DNA of 64,000 nt, taken from the NCBI RefSeq assembly GCF_006345805.1, contig NC_043010.1, forward strand, positions 30,504,001 to 30,568,000. The letters are read 5' to 3'. The first letter of the stretch is position 1. Each line of letters opens with the position of its first letter. Positions 1-11,295 of the stretch are shown here, in pieces. This DNA comes from Octopus sinensis. Lineage: Eukaryota. Under the pieces are notes generated by a model. The model was not told where the DNA came from, ran no database searches, and saw only the letters and a list, made by a program, of their open reading frames with translations. Made by a program: the position numbers and the translations under genes.

Positions 1-441
1 AGTTCAACTACAGTTTTGTACAAAAATCGAAGTGTAATTTTAATTCCGTGAATTATGGGAGATTTTTTTCCGAAATTTTGTTCCTATTGTGTTTTCAAAA
101 TTTGTAATTCTGACAAAAAATGGATACGAATTTCATTATATCAAGCAGCGAGTCAGAATTCGAAGGATTTTCTACTGAAGACCTTCATAAAACTAACTCT
201 ATGAATGAAAAAAAAAAGCATGTGGTATTTGATCTCAACCTAAACAAAGCGAAAGAAACGATAGTTTGTTATTTCCCACAACCTTAAATGAAATTAAGGC
301 CTATTTTGCCATAAATATTATTATGGGTATTAGAAAGTTACCCAGAATAACAAATTCTATCGTAAAATTTTGTTGTATACCCAATTGAATATTAGCTAAT
401 AACCCATTTTCTATAGCGATGTTTGAACAAAATTTTAATAA

Positions 442-930
442 TCTCTTATTATAAAAGGCAGATTTTATCTGCCTCCCTCTGGGAGTTATACAAATCTACA
501 ATATAGGATTTCTTCAATTACAATTTACCTAGCATTTTTGAGAGTACAATGCATCGCGTCATGCCAGGTCCAGTTTTTAAAATTTAAACTCCAATTAAGC
601 AAAATTTACAGAAAACTCACATTCTGGTTGTGGTGTGTCAAATGCTTCTTAGTCTGGTTTACACCACACGCAAACGCACACACACAGTGGGCAACGAATA
701 AAAAATGAAAGTAATTCACTTACTGTAATGAGTGATTCTTTCACTCTGCCTCCCACTTCCTCTTTCCACACATAGACACGCAAATATATAAATAAAATTG
801 TAAGCTAACGTGCGTGTGTATGAGTGTGTGTGTGTGTGCGCGTGTGTGTGTGTGTGAGGGTGCGTGTGTGTGTATGTGTGTGTGTGTGCGTGAGTGTGTG
901 ACAGGAAAGTTTTTTACGACCAATATAAGA
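442..930 (+). mobile_element. Possible 5' part of a non-autonomous Helitron-like repeat
   Basis: Starts A|TCTCTTATTATAAAAG, resembling the Helitron 5' ends at 2023 and 2771. No hairpin/CTRR 3' end found. Confidence 0.3.
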
Positions 931-950
931 CCTATATCCAAGTAGCAGAA

Positions 951-1213
951 AGATAAGACAGTAAGGTGTGATTTGAGGGAGATTTGGCTGCTATTTCTAC
1001 CATGTCTAGCTGCCATGTAGGGGTCTCCCTCATAGGCTCATACATACATATATACATAGATAAGACAGTAAGGTGTGATTTGGGGGAAATTTGGCTGCTA
1101 TTTCTACCAGGTCTAGCTACCATGTAGGTCCCCCTCATTGGCTCATATATATATACATACATAAGACAGTAAGGTGTGATTGAGGGAGATTTGGCTGCTG
1201 TTTCTACCAGGTA
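951..1213 (+). repeat. Three tandem ~105-bp units of a dispersed repeat
   Basis: ATAAGACAGTAAGGTGTGATT...GATTTGGCTGCTATTTCTACC units start near 951, 1058 and 1161. Decayed relatives near 18560-18780 (-), 26990 (-), 37410 and 40385. Confidence 0.85.
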
Positions 1214-1289
1214 GTTAGGCCTTCTCATGTAAACTCAAGCTTTCTCATGCCTTGAACATAAGACCAAAGCAGAGAATGTATTCTTTTAT

Positions 1290-1500
1290 TCTTCTGCTTT
1301 TTCCAGCCATTGGTCTGTGGCCATGCTGGGGCAATGCCTTGAAGAATTGTAGTTTAATGAATCAACTCCAGTTTTATTTTTGTAAGCATTGTAACTTATT
1401 CTATCTGTTTCCTTTGTCAAACCACTAGGTGACAGGGATGTAAACAAACCAACATTCGTTGTCAAGCAGTGGTGGAGGACAATCACAAGCACAGACACGC
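1290..1500 (-). mobile_element. Old SINE-A-related 3' half
   Basis: Decayed match to the SINE-A tail (GGCCATGCTGG...GTAAAC...GGTTGTCAAGC). Confidence 0.6.
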
Positions 1501-1587
1501 ACGCACACACACATACATGCATACACATATACACACATACATACATACATACGTACATTACATTAATATAATGTGTGGTTTTATATA

Positions 1588-1905
1588 TTGCAGCGTGGAA
1601 GGTGTTTGTAAGCCATTTAAGAAACACACAAAAACCGTTACATTCACTTCAACATTTAAACTTAATTTGCCAAAATATTTTCGTCGCTTTGAGACCGCGA
1701 CCTGTTCACTGACAAAAATATCGTGCTAACAGGTCGCGGTCTCAAAGCGACGAAAATATTTTGAAAAATTAATTTAAATGTTGAAGTGAATCTAACGGTT
1801 TTTGTGTGTTTCTTAAATGGCTTATAAACACCTTCAACGCTGCAACTGTTTTCGTTCCAGCACACGATCTCAGATCAAGTCACTTGCTATGCAAGTACAT
1901 CTCTG
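1588..1905. mobile_element. Head-to-head inverted pair of a short repeat (family P2, probable PLE terminus)
   Basis: Inverted arms 1588-1706 and 1728-1845 with a 21-nt spacer. The right arm continues to ~1905. A single copy of the same family lies at 30638-30838. Confidence 0.85.
1666..1716 (-). ncRNA. Candidate minimal type-I hammerhead ribozyme, G3:C8 core variant
   Basis: UUUGUCA-GUGAACA-G-GUCGC(loop)GCGAC-GAA-AAUAUU-U-UGGCAAA: 7-bp stem I, 5-bp stem II, palindromic stem III. Confidence 0.6.
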
Positions 1906-1952
1906 TAACTATATATATATATATATATATAGATATATATATATATATATAT

Positions 1953-2022
1953 TGTATATTGGTAAAAACAGTAAGATAACAAAAGAAAGAAAGAGACCTC
2001 AATATTATGTAAATAGAGGAAA
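1953..2022 (+). mobile_element. PLE terminal-repeat fragment interrupted by a Helitron
   Basis: Near reverse complement of 3398-3465, the extension of the hammerhead-bearing palindrome. Confidence 0.65.
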
Positions 2023-2416
2023 TCTTTATATATAAAAGTGAGGTTGTGTGTCTGTCTCCTACGATTTAGATTCCTAACTACTCCCACATTTTGCGGTGCA
2101 GTTTAACCAAAACCGGGTATCTTATAGTCGTGATTCATATCGAGACCGTCTGGGTATTAGCGCGCGTCTACGATGAGTCTACGATTTAAAAAAAATTTAC
2201 CATCAATTTTTCCCATTTTTAATCCATTTTTGACATATATAAGGGAAGTAACTCTCTAAAATTTATTATTAAATCTCAGAACGTAAAAAGCTACAGTAAC
2301 ACCCCTCCCCCTTTGTGGTTAGCCATATTGAGATGGCTATTATACTTTACATCTCTAAAAATGCTTATATAATTATTTCCCTTACAAACCCGAGCAACGC
2401 CGGGCGATACTGCTAG
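2023..2416 (+). mobile_element. Non-autonomous Helitron
   Basis: A|TCTTTATATATAAAAG 5' end; 3' hairpin CCCGAGCAACGCCGGG followed by CTAG|T; no TSD. Confidence 0.9.
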
Positions 2417-2449
2417 TTTTATATATTGTTGAATTTACCTGTATCTACC

Positions 2450-2662
2450 TGCAATTAGAGTCAATTTGTGACAAAAATTATAGTATAGAATTGGTTGAGA
2501 ACATTTCACTAAATTATCTTCCAAAAATCAGATTAATATATTCATAAATAAAAAAGTTATAGTTGTTTAATGAAACCAGACTAAATTTATGATTACGTTA
2601 GAAATTAATTGAAACACATAAGGGGTGTATTTTGGTCAGAAATATAGTAACGAAAGGGTTAA
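2450..2662. mobile_element. One end of a piggyBac-like MITE
   Basis: Ends GTAACGAAAGGG|TTAA; the other TIR is not seen. Confidence 0.5.
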
Positions 2663-2770
2663 GAAAAACCAAAAAATATTTTATTCTTTGTAAATGTTGT
2701 GTTCAAAATAACATTTTCTTTTAAGAATGTGTATATAACAAAGTATGTGTATATAACTACGTGGCTTATA

Positions 2771-3168
2771 TCTTTATATATAAGAGTGAAGTTGTGTGTC
2801 TGTCTCCTACGATTTAGATTCGTAACTACTCCCACATTTTGCGGTGTAGTTTAACCAAAAGCGGGTATCTTATAGTCGTGATTCATATCGAGCCCTTCGG
2901 TGTATTAGCGCGCGTCTACGATGAGTCTACGATTTAAAAAAAATTTACCATCATATTTTTCCATTTTAATGCATATTTTTCGTTATTATATAAGGGAAGT
3001 AACTCTCTAAAAATATCTACGATGTGTCAACGATTTAAAAAAAAAATTACCTTAATTTTTTTTCAATTTTTAATGCATTTTTTTGCTATCTTTTGGCTAT
3101 AACTCTCTAAAAATGCTTATATAGTTATTTCCCTTACAAACCCGAGCAACGCCGGGCGATACTGCTAG
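2771..3168 (+). mobile_element. Non-autonomous Helitron (same family as 2023-2416)
   Basis: A|TC start, the same hairpin and CTAG|T end; internal duplication of the CTACGAT...TTTAAAAAAAA block. Confidence 0.9.
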
Positions 3169-3184
3169 TATATATATATATATA

Positions 3185-3465
3185 TATACAATATGTTACA
3201 TTACTCGGTAGTCAAGATAAAACTCTGAGTTTCAGATGCCGAAGTGGAAATCCACAACACCATCTCTTCGGTTATCTGGCTATTTGAAACTTTATATAGC
3301 CAGATAACCGAAGAGATGGTGTTGTGGATTTCCACTTCGGCATCTGAAACTCAGAGTTTTATCTTGACTACCGAGTAATGTAACATATTGTATAGATAAA
3401 TTTCCTCTATTTACATAATATTGAGGTCTCTTTCTTTCTTTTGTTATCTTACCGTTTTATCAATA
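3185..3465. mobile_element. PLE-type terminal repeat forming a perfect 99-bp palindrome
   Basis: 3185-3283 is the exact reverse complement of 3296-3394 with a 12-nt spacer. Flanked by (TA)n and carries a hammerhead-like fold. Confidence 0.8.
3302..3364 (+). ncRNA. Candidate type-I hammerhead ribozyme (mirror copy 3215-3277 on -)
   Basis: AGAUAA-CCGAAGA-GAUG...CAUC-U-GAA-ACU(CAG)AGU-U-UUAUCU: 6-bp stem I, GUU site; deviations U4C and an extra U before GAAA. Confidence 0.5.
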
Positions 3466-3525
3466 TATATATATATATATAATATATATATATATAAACA
3501 CACACACATATATATATATATATAT

Positions 3526-3580
<55 letters not shown>

Positions 3581-3618
3581 ATACATATACATATACATAT
3601 ACATACACACATATATAT

Positions 3619-3652
<34 letters not shown>

Positions 3653-4278
3653 AATATACATACATATATATATATATATGTATGTATGTATATATTTCCG
3701 TTACGATCAATCCCCACTTTCATCCCACTGTACACAGTTATTTTAAAAGTAGTTGCCCAACAAGATTTAAATGCTTATTCGTTGAATGCTTATATACGAA
3801 CAAAATTTATTAAAAACATTTTTTTTACTAGTCTCTATATCACAACTGTCTAAAGAACGGTTACGTGAAACCGTTTGCAAAGTGTTTTCTGTATTTTTCT
3901 TTTTTGACGTCTAATAAAATTGCATTTTACCCTACTTTTGATATTCGAATACTATTTTTTGTACCTTGTTTTGCACCTATGTGCTTACTTACATTTGTAT
4001 ACATAATACATACATACATGAATGCATGCATACATTCGCACATACGTACATTTGTACATAGGTACGTACATACATACATACAGTACATACATATATGTGT
4101 GCATGAGTGTGTATGTACATACATAATACACACATATGTACGTACGTACATACATACGTACATACATACATACATACATACATACATACATACATACATA
4201 CATACATACATACATACATACATACATACATACATACATACGTACATACATACATACATACATACATGCATACATACA

Positions 4279-5284
4279 CGCAATGTTTGCGTACATGAGG
4301 TTGGTAACATCATAACACTTGGAAGGCAGCTCCTTGAGCAACATTCCTTGTCTGATAACCTAGAACACATACCCAAAGAAGTCGCACGACTCTACCACAA
4401 CGTATCATCAGATGAAAGGATGAGCGTGAATGAGCAGAAGACCATGCATGGATATATTAGTAGAAAGCTCAGAGATGATAGTAACATTGATTATCAAAGC
4501 AGTCTATCATGGACCAACAACCAGATTACTGCCTCCCACCTTGAAGGGTATGTATTTGCAATCCAGAAACAGGTAATATCAATCAAATACCTGATGCACA
4601 GAAGGGACAAGGGTGTAGGAAAAGCAATAAAATGTGACAACCAAGGCAGACTTTGTGTAGTTAACACCGATGAGATTCTCTATATTATAAGCAATTGTCT
4701 GAAAATGTCATCACAGTATTATCTATCGGTGTGACACTGTATAACGAGATCCGTCTGAAGGATAATCCCGAGGACAAAGAATTAAGAACCCATAGTATAG
4801 TGGAAGTCATAGCCACGCATTATAAAAGGGAGTACTGGTGGAATATCCCAGTGAAAACCTCAATAAAATGTATACACAATAGTCCTGATATAATGATTTG
4901 GGATAGAGAATAGAAACTGTATACAGTTTTGGAGATCATGTACCCAGAGAACGTTAACATAAAGTTGACGATCAGTGAAAAAGAGAATACCTACGCTGAA
5001 CTATTGCAAAATCTGCAGTTACTTTATCCAGATTACAAGTTCATGTTTATACTTGTAATTATTGCCTAAATACCAATCTTGAGAAATTAGGCTTCTCAAA
5101 ACCAGAACGGAGAATGTTGATTTGAAGACTACAGCTTCCAGCCATCACTGAAACTGTAAAAGTCTGTAAAACTTTCCAGAAGTTTATCATTTGAGCATAT
5201 ATGAGCATGTCTAGATATGCAACAATGTGCATGAGAATACATACATAAAACAAAACATGCAAATCTGCACGTATACATAATACG
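4279..5284 (+). mobile_element. 5'-truncated R4/Dong-clade non-LTR retrotransposon 3' end (pseudogenised)
   Basis: Translates to ...KTMHGYISRK...SLSW...EGYVFAIQKQVI..., a decayed CCHC knuckle (RLC...ILYIISNC) and an RLE PD-(D/E)xK region (NSPDIMIWD...LEIMYP...EKENTY), then a 3' UTR running into (TACA)n. Confidence 0.85.
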
Positions 5285-5615
5285 TACATACATACATACA
5301 TACATAAATACATACATACATACATACATACATACATGCATACATACATACATTCATACATACATACATACATACATACATACATGCATACATACATACA
5401 TACATACATACATACATACATACATACATACATACATACATACATACATACATACATACATACATGCATACATACATACATACATACATATATACATACA
5501 TACATACTATAATACATACATACATCCATCCATCCATACATACATACATACATACATACATACATACATACATACATACATACATACATTCATACATACA
5601 TATGTACGTACGTAC

Positions 5616-5838
5616 AAAAATTCCCTGTTGTTGATGTTGAAATTCCAATGAAGGAGCCTTGGATATAGGCAAGAAAACAAGAAAGCTTGAAATATAACTA
5701 TATGATAACATACACACCAACTCAACGACATATTTACAAACACCAGGAACTCTCTTAACTCAAAAAGTCTTGTTATTTTGTTAGCATCCGGCTTGAACTC
5801 TCTTAAGCAGAACTTAAATAAAAGTCAAAGAAAAATCA
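5616..5838 (+). mobile_element. Short non-coding element(s) embedded in (TACA)n
   Basis: The first ~55 nt (AAAAATTCCCTGTTGTTGATGTTGAAATTCCAATGAAGGAGCCTTGG) match 24283-24335. TACA repeats on both sides. Confidence 0.65.
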
Positions 5839-6000
5839 CACATACATACTTCATACATGTATATATACATACGTACGTACATACATACATACATACATAC
5901 ATAATACATACATACATACATACATACATACATACATACATACATACATACATACATGCATACATACATACATACATATATACATACATACATACTATAA

Positions 6001-6036
<36 letters not shown>

Positions 6037-6249
6037 TATATATACATACATACATACATACATACATACATACATACATACATACATACATACATACAGA
6101 AGACTGTAGGGAATAAAATGTATGACTTAGAGGTTTGGTTTCTGCTTAGTTACATATTTAGGAGTTGGTTATTGTTTTACTTATTGAATTTATTTACCGA
6201 TACTGTTGTACATGGGGTAAATGTGTTTCAAATTGTGGTTTCTTTGGTA

Positions 6250-6710
6250 TGTTTGTCGAAATCTACTGTAAGGAAGATGACCAACGAACCTGATGACCCA
6301 CGTTACCCGGCCCCGAGATGTAACTTCAGAACTCTACGGATTCTCCGTTGAGGAGACACTACATACAAACCAACATAGTGTACAAACGTATGTTAGAGAC
6401 ACAATAATTGTATCATTTAGGAGTTGCAATGAATCAGCGCATATCTGTGCATAAGCATTCCTTTTCCAACTTAGAGTTTGGATTCGCAATTCAATAGTAG
6501 AGTACATGCACAATCTAGTGGATAGAAATGTTAACTCTAGTTTGAAAAAGCCGGAAGTGGAAACTGTTCCATTTTATCGAGGTGGGGTGGCGTGCAGTGG
6601 ACTGTATACTAAAGAGGAGTTGGGGGTTCTGTTAGCAAACACTAGCCATTTGTTAAATAACAGAAATTAGCTATGGATTTAGTGCATGCAATAGCCTTAA
6701 TTGCGATAAA
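6250..6710 (+). mobile_element. Decayed Penelope-like GIY-YIG endonuclease C-terminus
   Basis: Frameshifted translation RCNFR / SPL...NIVYK...YHLG...R..VHKHSF / PFYRGG..CSGL..KE...LLNNRN*L...CM follows the PLE pattern CNC..CPL..N.VY..YIG..R..H..SF..PY..C.LC..EK..LLN.R.E..C.H. Confidence 0.7.
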
Positions 6711-6722
6711 TATTTTAGTCGT

Positions 6723-6787
<65 letters not shown>

Positions 6788-6909
6788 GCTGCTGCGCAGC
6801 ATGATACTGTAGCGTTTTAATTGTGAATACTATGCTACATTGTATATCAGAACACCTTTCTTCGATTATATCCCTGTATAAGCCCCACTTCTATTATCCT
6901 GTCAACCAA

Positions 6910-6943
<34 letters not shown>

Positions 6944-7609
6944 CTCATATCGAAGGAATATCAAGTACTTCCACTGCGCTTATCGACCATTATTACAGGA
7001 AGTGAATGATCCTATAATGCATCAACCAGTTTCGACTTTGACTATTCCTAGGTCTTCACAACCAGGAACAATGATGTTGGATCCGGATAATATTACAGAT
7101 CCTTATTGATTATATACCGTGAATGTTATATATAAAATAAAGGATTTGTTTCTGTATATCTGCAGTATTTTATACTGACTTACATAAACGTTTAGACAAT
7201 TTACTTTTGTACTTGTTGAAGGTAACAAATGTACACAAATGTCTGTCTGGATGAGGTTAGGTCAGTGTGCAGCATGTCTGTTTGTATGTATATATCTTTA
7301 CTGATGTGTGACTGTGCGCGCGTGTGAATACATCTGTGCGTGTGTATGTGCAACAACGCGCGTGAATGTCTATGCATAAGGATATGTGTGTAAGGAGTAT
7401 GTATACGTGTGACCGAACATTCTGCGCCTGAGTGATTTACAGACCTGTTCACAAACGCGCTAGATGAAGGCTGTGTCTGCCATGTTGAAACTCGTTAGAC
7501 TCAAATATCATAAAACCGTGAAAATGGACAAATCTAGTTTGCTTTCCCACTTTGATATATGCCAGTCACTCTTGTTACTGTGATTGTTGCTATTATTTCT
7601 GCTGCACCT

Positions 7610-7750
7610 TAATGCAGAATCATTATCACACCGGGCAAAATGCTTAGCGGCATTTCTTTCGACGTTACGTTCTGAGTTCAAATGCCACCGGGGTTGACTT
7701 TGGCTTTCATACTTTCGAGGTCGATAAAATAAGTACCAGTTGAACACTAC
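7610..7750 (+). mobile_element. Old SINE-B fragment
   Basis: Head plus GTTGACTTTGGCTTTCATACTTTCGAGGTCGATAAAATAAGTACC core. Confidence 0.75.
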
Positions 7751-7794
7751 AGTCAGTTGGCGGAAACATATGTTGTATACGATTTTAAAATACC

Positions 7795-8200
7795 CATTTC
7801 TTTACTACCCACAAGGGGCTAAACACAGAGGGGACAAACAAGGACAAACAAACGGATTAAGTCGATTATATCGACCCCAGTGCGTAACTGGTACTTATTT
7901 AATCGACCCCGAAAGGATGAAAGGCAAAGTCGACCTCGGCGAAATTTGAACTCAGAACGTAACGGCAGACGAAATATTTATTTCTTTACTACCAACAAGG
8001 GGCTAAACAGAGAGGGGACAAACAAGGACAGACAAACGGATTAAGTCGATTATATCAACCCCAGTGCGAAACTGGTACTTAATATATCGACCCCGAAGGG
8101 ATGAAAGGCAAAGTCGACCTCATCGGAATTTGAACTCAGAACGTAACGACAGACGAATTACCGCTAAGCATTTCCCCCAGCGGTATTTCGTCTGCCGTTA
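7795..8200 (-). mobile_element. SINE-B dimer with short 5' inversion
   Basis: Two units joined at ~7971-7990; 18-bp TSD ATACGATTT(T/A)AAAATACC at 7777-7794 and 8203-8220; inverted ~22-nt piece at 8179-8200. Confidence 0.9.
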
Positions 8201-8562
8201 AAATACGATTTAAAAATACCAATTATGTTTACAGCAATTTCTATCTATTTATATATATAATTCTATTCATTTATCTAACGATCTGTCCACCTGTCCGTCT
8301 ATCTATTTATCTACCAAACTACTTTTATATCTCTATATCCATAAAATTCTTACACGTCCTCAATTTGTTATATCCTTAAACTTTTAAAACTATTTTTCGC
8401 CATAAACCTATTACATAAAAGTAAATTTCTCTTTACCTTATTCTCCTCTTCTACTATTTTTTATTGTAGTTGATATTGTTTTGTTTTACTTTATTTTCCT
8501 TCATCTTCCTCCTTTACTTCTCCTAACCTGTCCTACATACACACACACACACACAGACATAA

Positions 8563-8700
8563 AGGCGCAGGAGTGACTGTGTGGTAAAAAGTTTGCTTCA
8601 TAGTCACATAACTCCGGGTTCAGTCTCATCACTGCGTGACACATTGGGCATGTGTCTTATAGTGGATTTGGCGGACGGAAAGAAGCCTGTCATATATGTG
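8563..8700 (+). mobile_element. SINE-A 5' half (decayed)
   Basis: GGCGCAGGAGTGACTGTGTGGT A-box head, CCGGGTTCAGTC B-box-like motif. Confidence 0.75.
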
Positions 8701-9125
8701 TGTGTGTTTCCTGTGTGTGTGTGTATGTGTGTGTGTGTGGGGGGGGGCGTGGAGAGAGAAGGTGAGAGGCAGTTTACTGTAAGTTGGACCTATTAGTATA
8801 AATATCTATATATCTATACATAGAAATTCGTCATCTGAAAGTTTTGCTTTCTCTCTTTTCCATGTATACATATATGCATATTTTGTATTTGATGTATTTA
8901 ACGTATTTAATATATTTGATGTGTCTAATTGGTCCATCCGCATAATTGCCTCTATACCCGCTCAGCTTCTTTCCTCTTATAGCCTTTCTTTGCATTGTGG
9001 AATTGTCCTCTGTAAAGTCATCAGGGTATAAGTTTGAATCTTTTGAGCACTACTAAGTATCTTCTATACGGAGAATTTCTGGACCTCGTCCGTGAACTAC
9101 ATATATATATACGTATATATATATA

Positions 9126-9163
<38 letters not shown>

Positions 9164-9207
9164 TGTGTGTATGTGTGTGTGTGTGTGTGTATGTGTGTGT
9201 GTGTGTG

Positions 9208-9229
<22 letters not shown>

Positions 9230-9238
<9 letters not shown>

Positions 9239-9405
9239 TCCGCCAACCGTTATCGTTTTCTTTATATCACGTAAGGTAGCGGTTCGGCAAAATAAACCGA
9301 TAGAAAAAGCACCAGACTTTAATATAAAAAAATGGACTGAATTTGTTCGACTGAACACTTCAAGCCGGTGCTCCAGCATGGCCTCAGTCCAACGACAGAA
9401 ATATT
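9230..9405 (+). mobile_element. SINE-A 3' half (decayed)
   Basis: AGCGGTTCGGCAAAA...GGTGCTCCAGCATGGCC tail after (TG)n. Confidence 0.7.
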
Positions 9406-9474
9406 TATGCAGATAAAAGAAATCAATGCCGCGTAATCAAAATTTACGATTTTATATACCTCCTTTTTTCCTCC

Positions 9475-9528
<54 letters not shown>

Positions 9529-9529
9529 A

Positions 9530-9562
<33 letters not shown>

Positions 9563-9596
9563 CCTCGTTCGTAGCGCATCAATCTGTTTTTATACC

Positions 9597-9650
<54 letters not shown>

Positions 9651-9654
9651 TATA

Positions 9655-10055
9655 CAAGCAAAACGCCCCACGTCCAATGGACAGTGCTGAGTTGTCAAAC
9701 ATTTAAACCAAATTTTCTCAAAACAACTTGTCTGACCGTCCCATAGGCCTCCTCTTTGAGAAACACTGATTTAACCTAAATTTGAGACACCAGCAAAAGA
9801 AAAAAATAAAGATAGACTTTTTTCTATTGCAAGAAAAACGATTTTACTGATGTACTTGCGCGTACAAATGCACGTTCCCACGGCTTTATCGATCGCATTC
9901 TCACCTGCAATCGATTTTTTCAATTTTTTCAAGACTTATACACGCCCTGATACCGTCGGTATCTGCATATCAAATTTGAGTGCAATCGGATGGAGGATGC
10001 CCGAGATCCTAGAAGACACACACACAGACAGACAGAACGGATTTTATATAATAGA
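9655..10055 (-). mobile_element. Non-autonomous Helitron
   Basis: Minus strand starts A|TCTATTATATAAAATCCG with (CTGT)n; subterminal GTCCA-T-TGGAC hairpin; ends CTTG|T (decayed CTAG). Confidence 0.7.
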
Positions 10056-10060
10056 TGTAC

Positions 10061-10095
<35 letters not shown>

Positions 10096-10678
10096 TGCAT
10101 GTATGTATGTATGTATGTATGTATGTATATATGATTATATGTGTGTGTGTATGTATATACATACATACACACACACACATACACACACATATATATTGAT
10201 TGGTCAGTTAGCGTGTCTGTCACTCCTCACGCCATCTTACATATAGTTGCCTATTTGCTACACCACATCACACATCTTCGATCTACTTCGATTTCCTCAT
10301 CAATAAACAAACACCACCTCACTTTCTGAAGATGTCAGTCTACCCTATTCTCGAACTGTCTGCTTTCTCTCCACACTCTCCTTCCTCCCCTCTCTCTTTT
10401 TCAGTCTCATCGCTCTTTGTTGCATTATTTTCTCTCTCTCCCTCTCCCTCTCCATCTCACTCTCTCTTTCCCTCTCCCTTCTTTCTCTCTTTTTCCTCTT
10501 GGCTTCATGTCTTATGCAGTTGTTACTATGGTGATTTTTAACTATCCATTTTACCACTATTTTACCTCCGCAAAACACAACTATCTCCATCATGATCATC
10601 ATTATCATGATCATCAGTATCATCATCATCATGATCATCAACATCATCATGCAGACAGACAGGTAGGTAGATATATAT

Positions 10679-10742
<64 letters not shown>

Positions 10743-10806
10743 GATAGATAGATATAAATAAATAGAGAGAGAGAGACAGGCAGACAGACAGAGACAGAGA
10801 GAGATG

Positions 10807-10889
<83 letters not shown>

Positions 10890-11295
10890 ACAGACAGACA
10901 GACAGACAGACAGGCAGATATAGCCGGTGTATCGAGGCGAAAAACATAAACACCGGCAAGAAGACGAGTGAACTGTTATTTGTTTCGGAAAAAAACAAAC
11001 TTTGCTGTAAATGTTTCCTCCGAGTTGCACTGACGATCCCTTTCCGCTAACACATTCATAAATACAATAAACAATTTATCAACAGCTGTGATTAACGGTG
11101 CGTTCGTTCATAAATGCATATAAATAGATAAATAAATATTCTTTTATCTGACAGCATAAGTCTCCAGGTTGAATCAGTTCTCAAATTGACGGCCGCCATG
11201 TAATTGTAAAAATATTACGAAGATGATTTCTTATTACTTTTTTCTCAAATTTGCTAAATTGTAAAGCATTTTTGAAAATGTATTGGTTGTGTGGA

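Larger units (their letters stand above)
3990..6097 (+). repeat. (TACA)n arrays interleaved with retroelement fragments
   Basis: Arrays at about 4005-4278, 5285-5615 and 5840-6097. Confidence 0.95.

Noticed and set aside
3865-4734. 289-aa ORF
   Set aside because: The N-terminal half is (TACA)n read as YIHT repeats, fused by chance to the Dong LINE fragment.
6292-6320. CTGATGA motif
   Set aside because: Lies inside PLE coding sequence, with no stem II/GAAA partner.
6995-7045. Possible hammerhead position downstream of the 6250-6710 PLE
   Set aside because: Core and stems too decayed to assign.
11040-11210. CATAAA sites and a YY1-like GCCGCCAT motif
   Set aside because: Short motifs expected by chance; no conservation or chromatin data.
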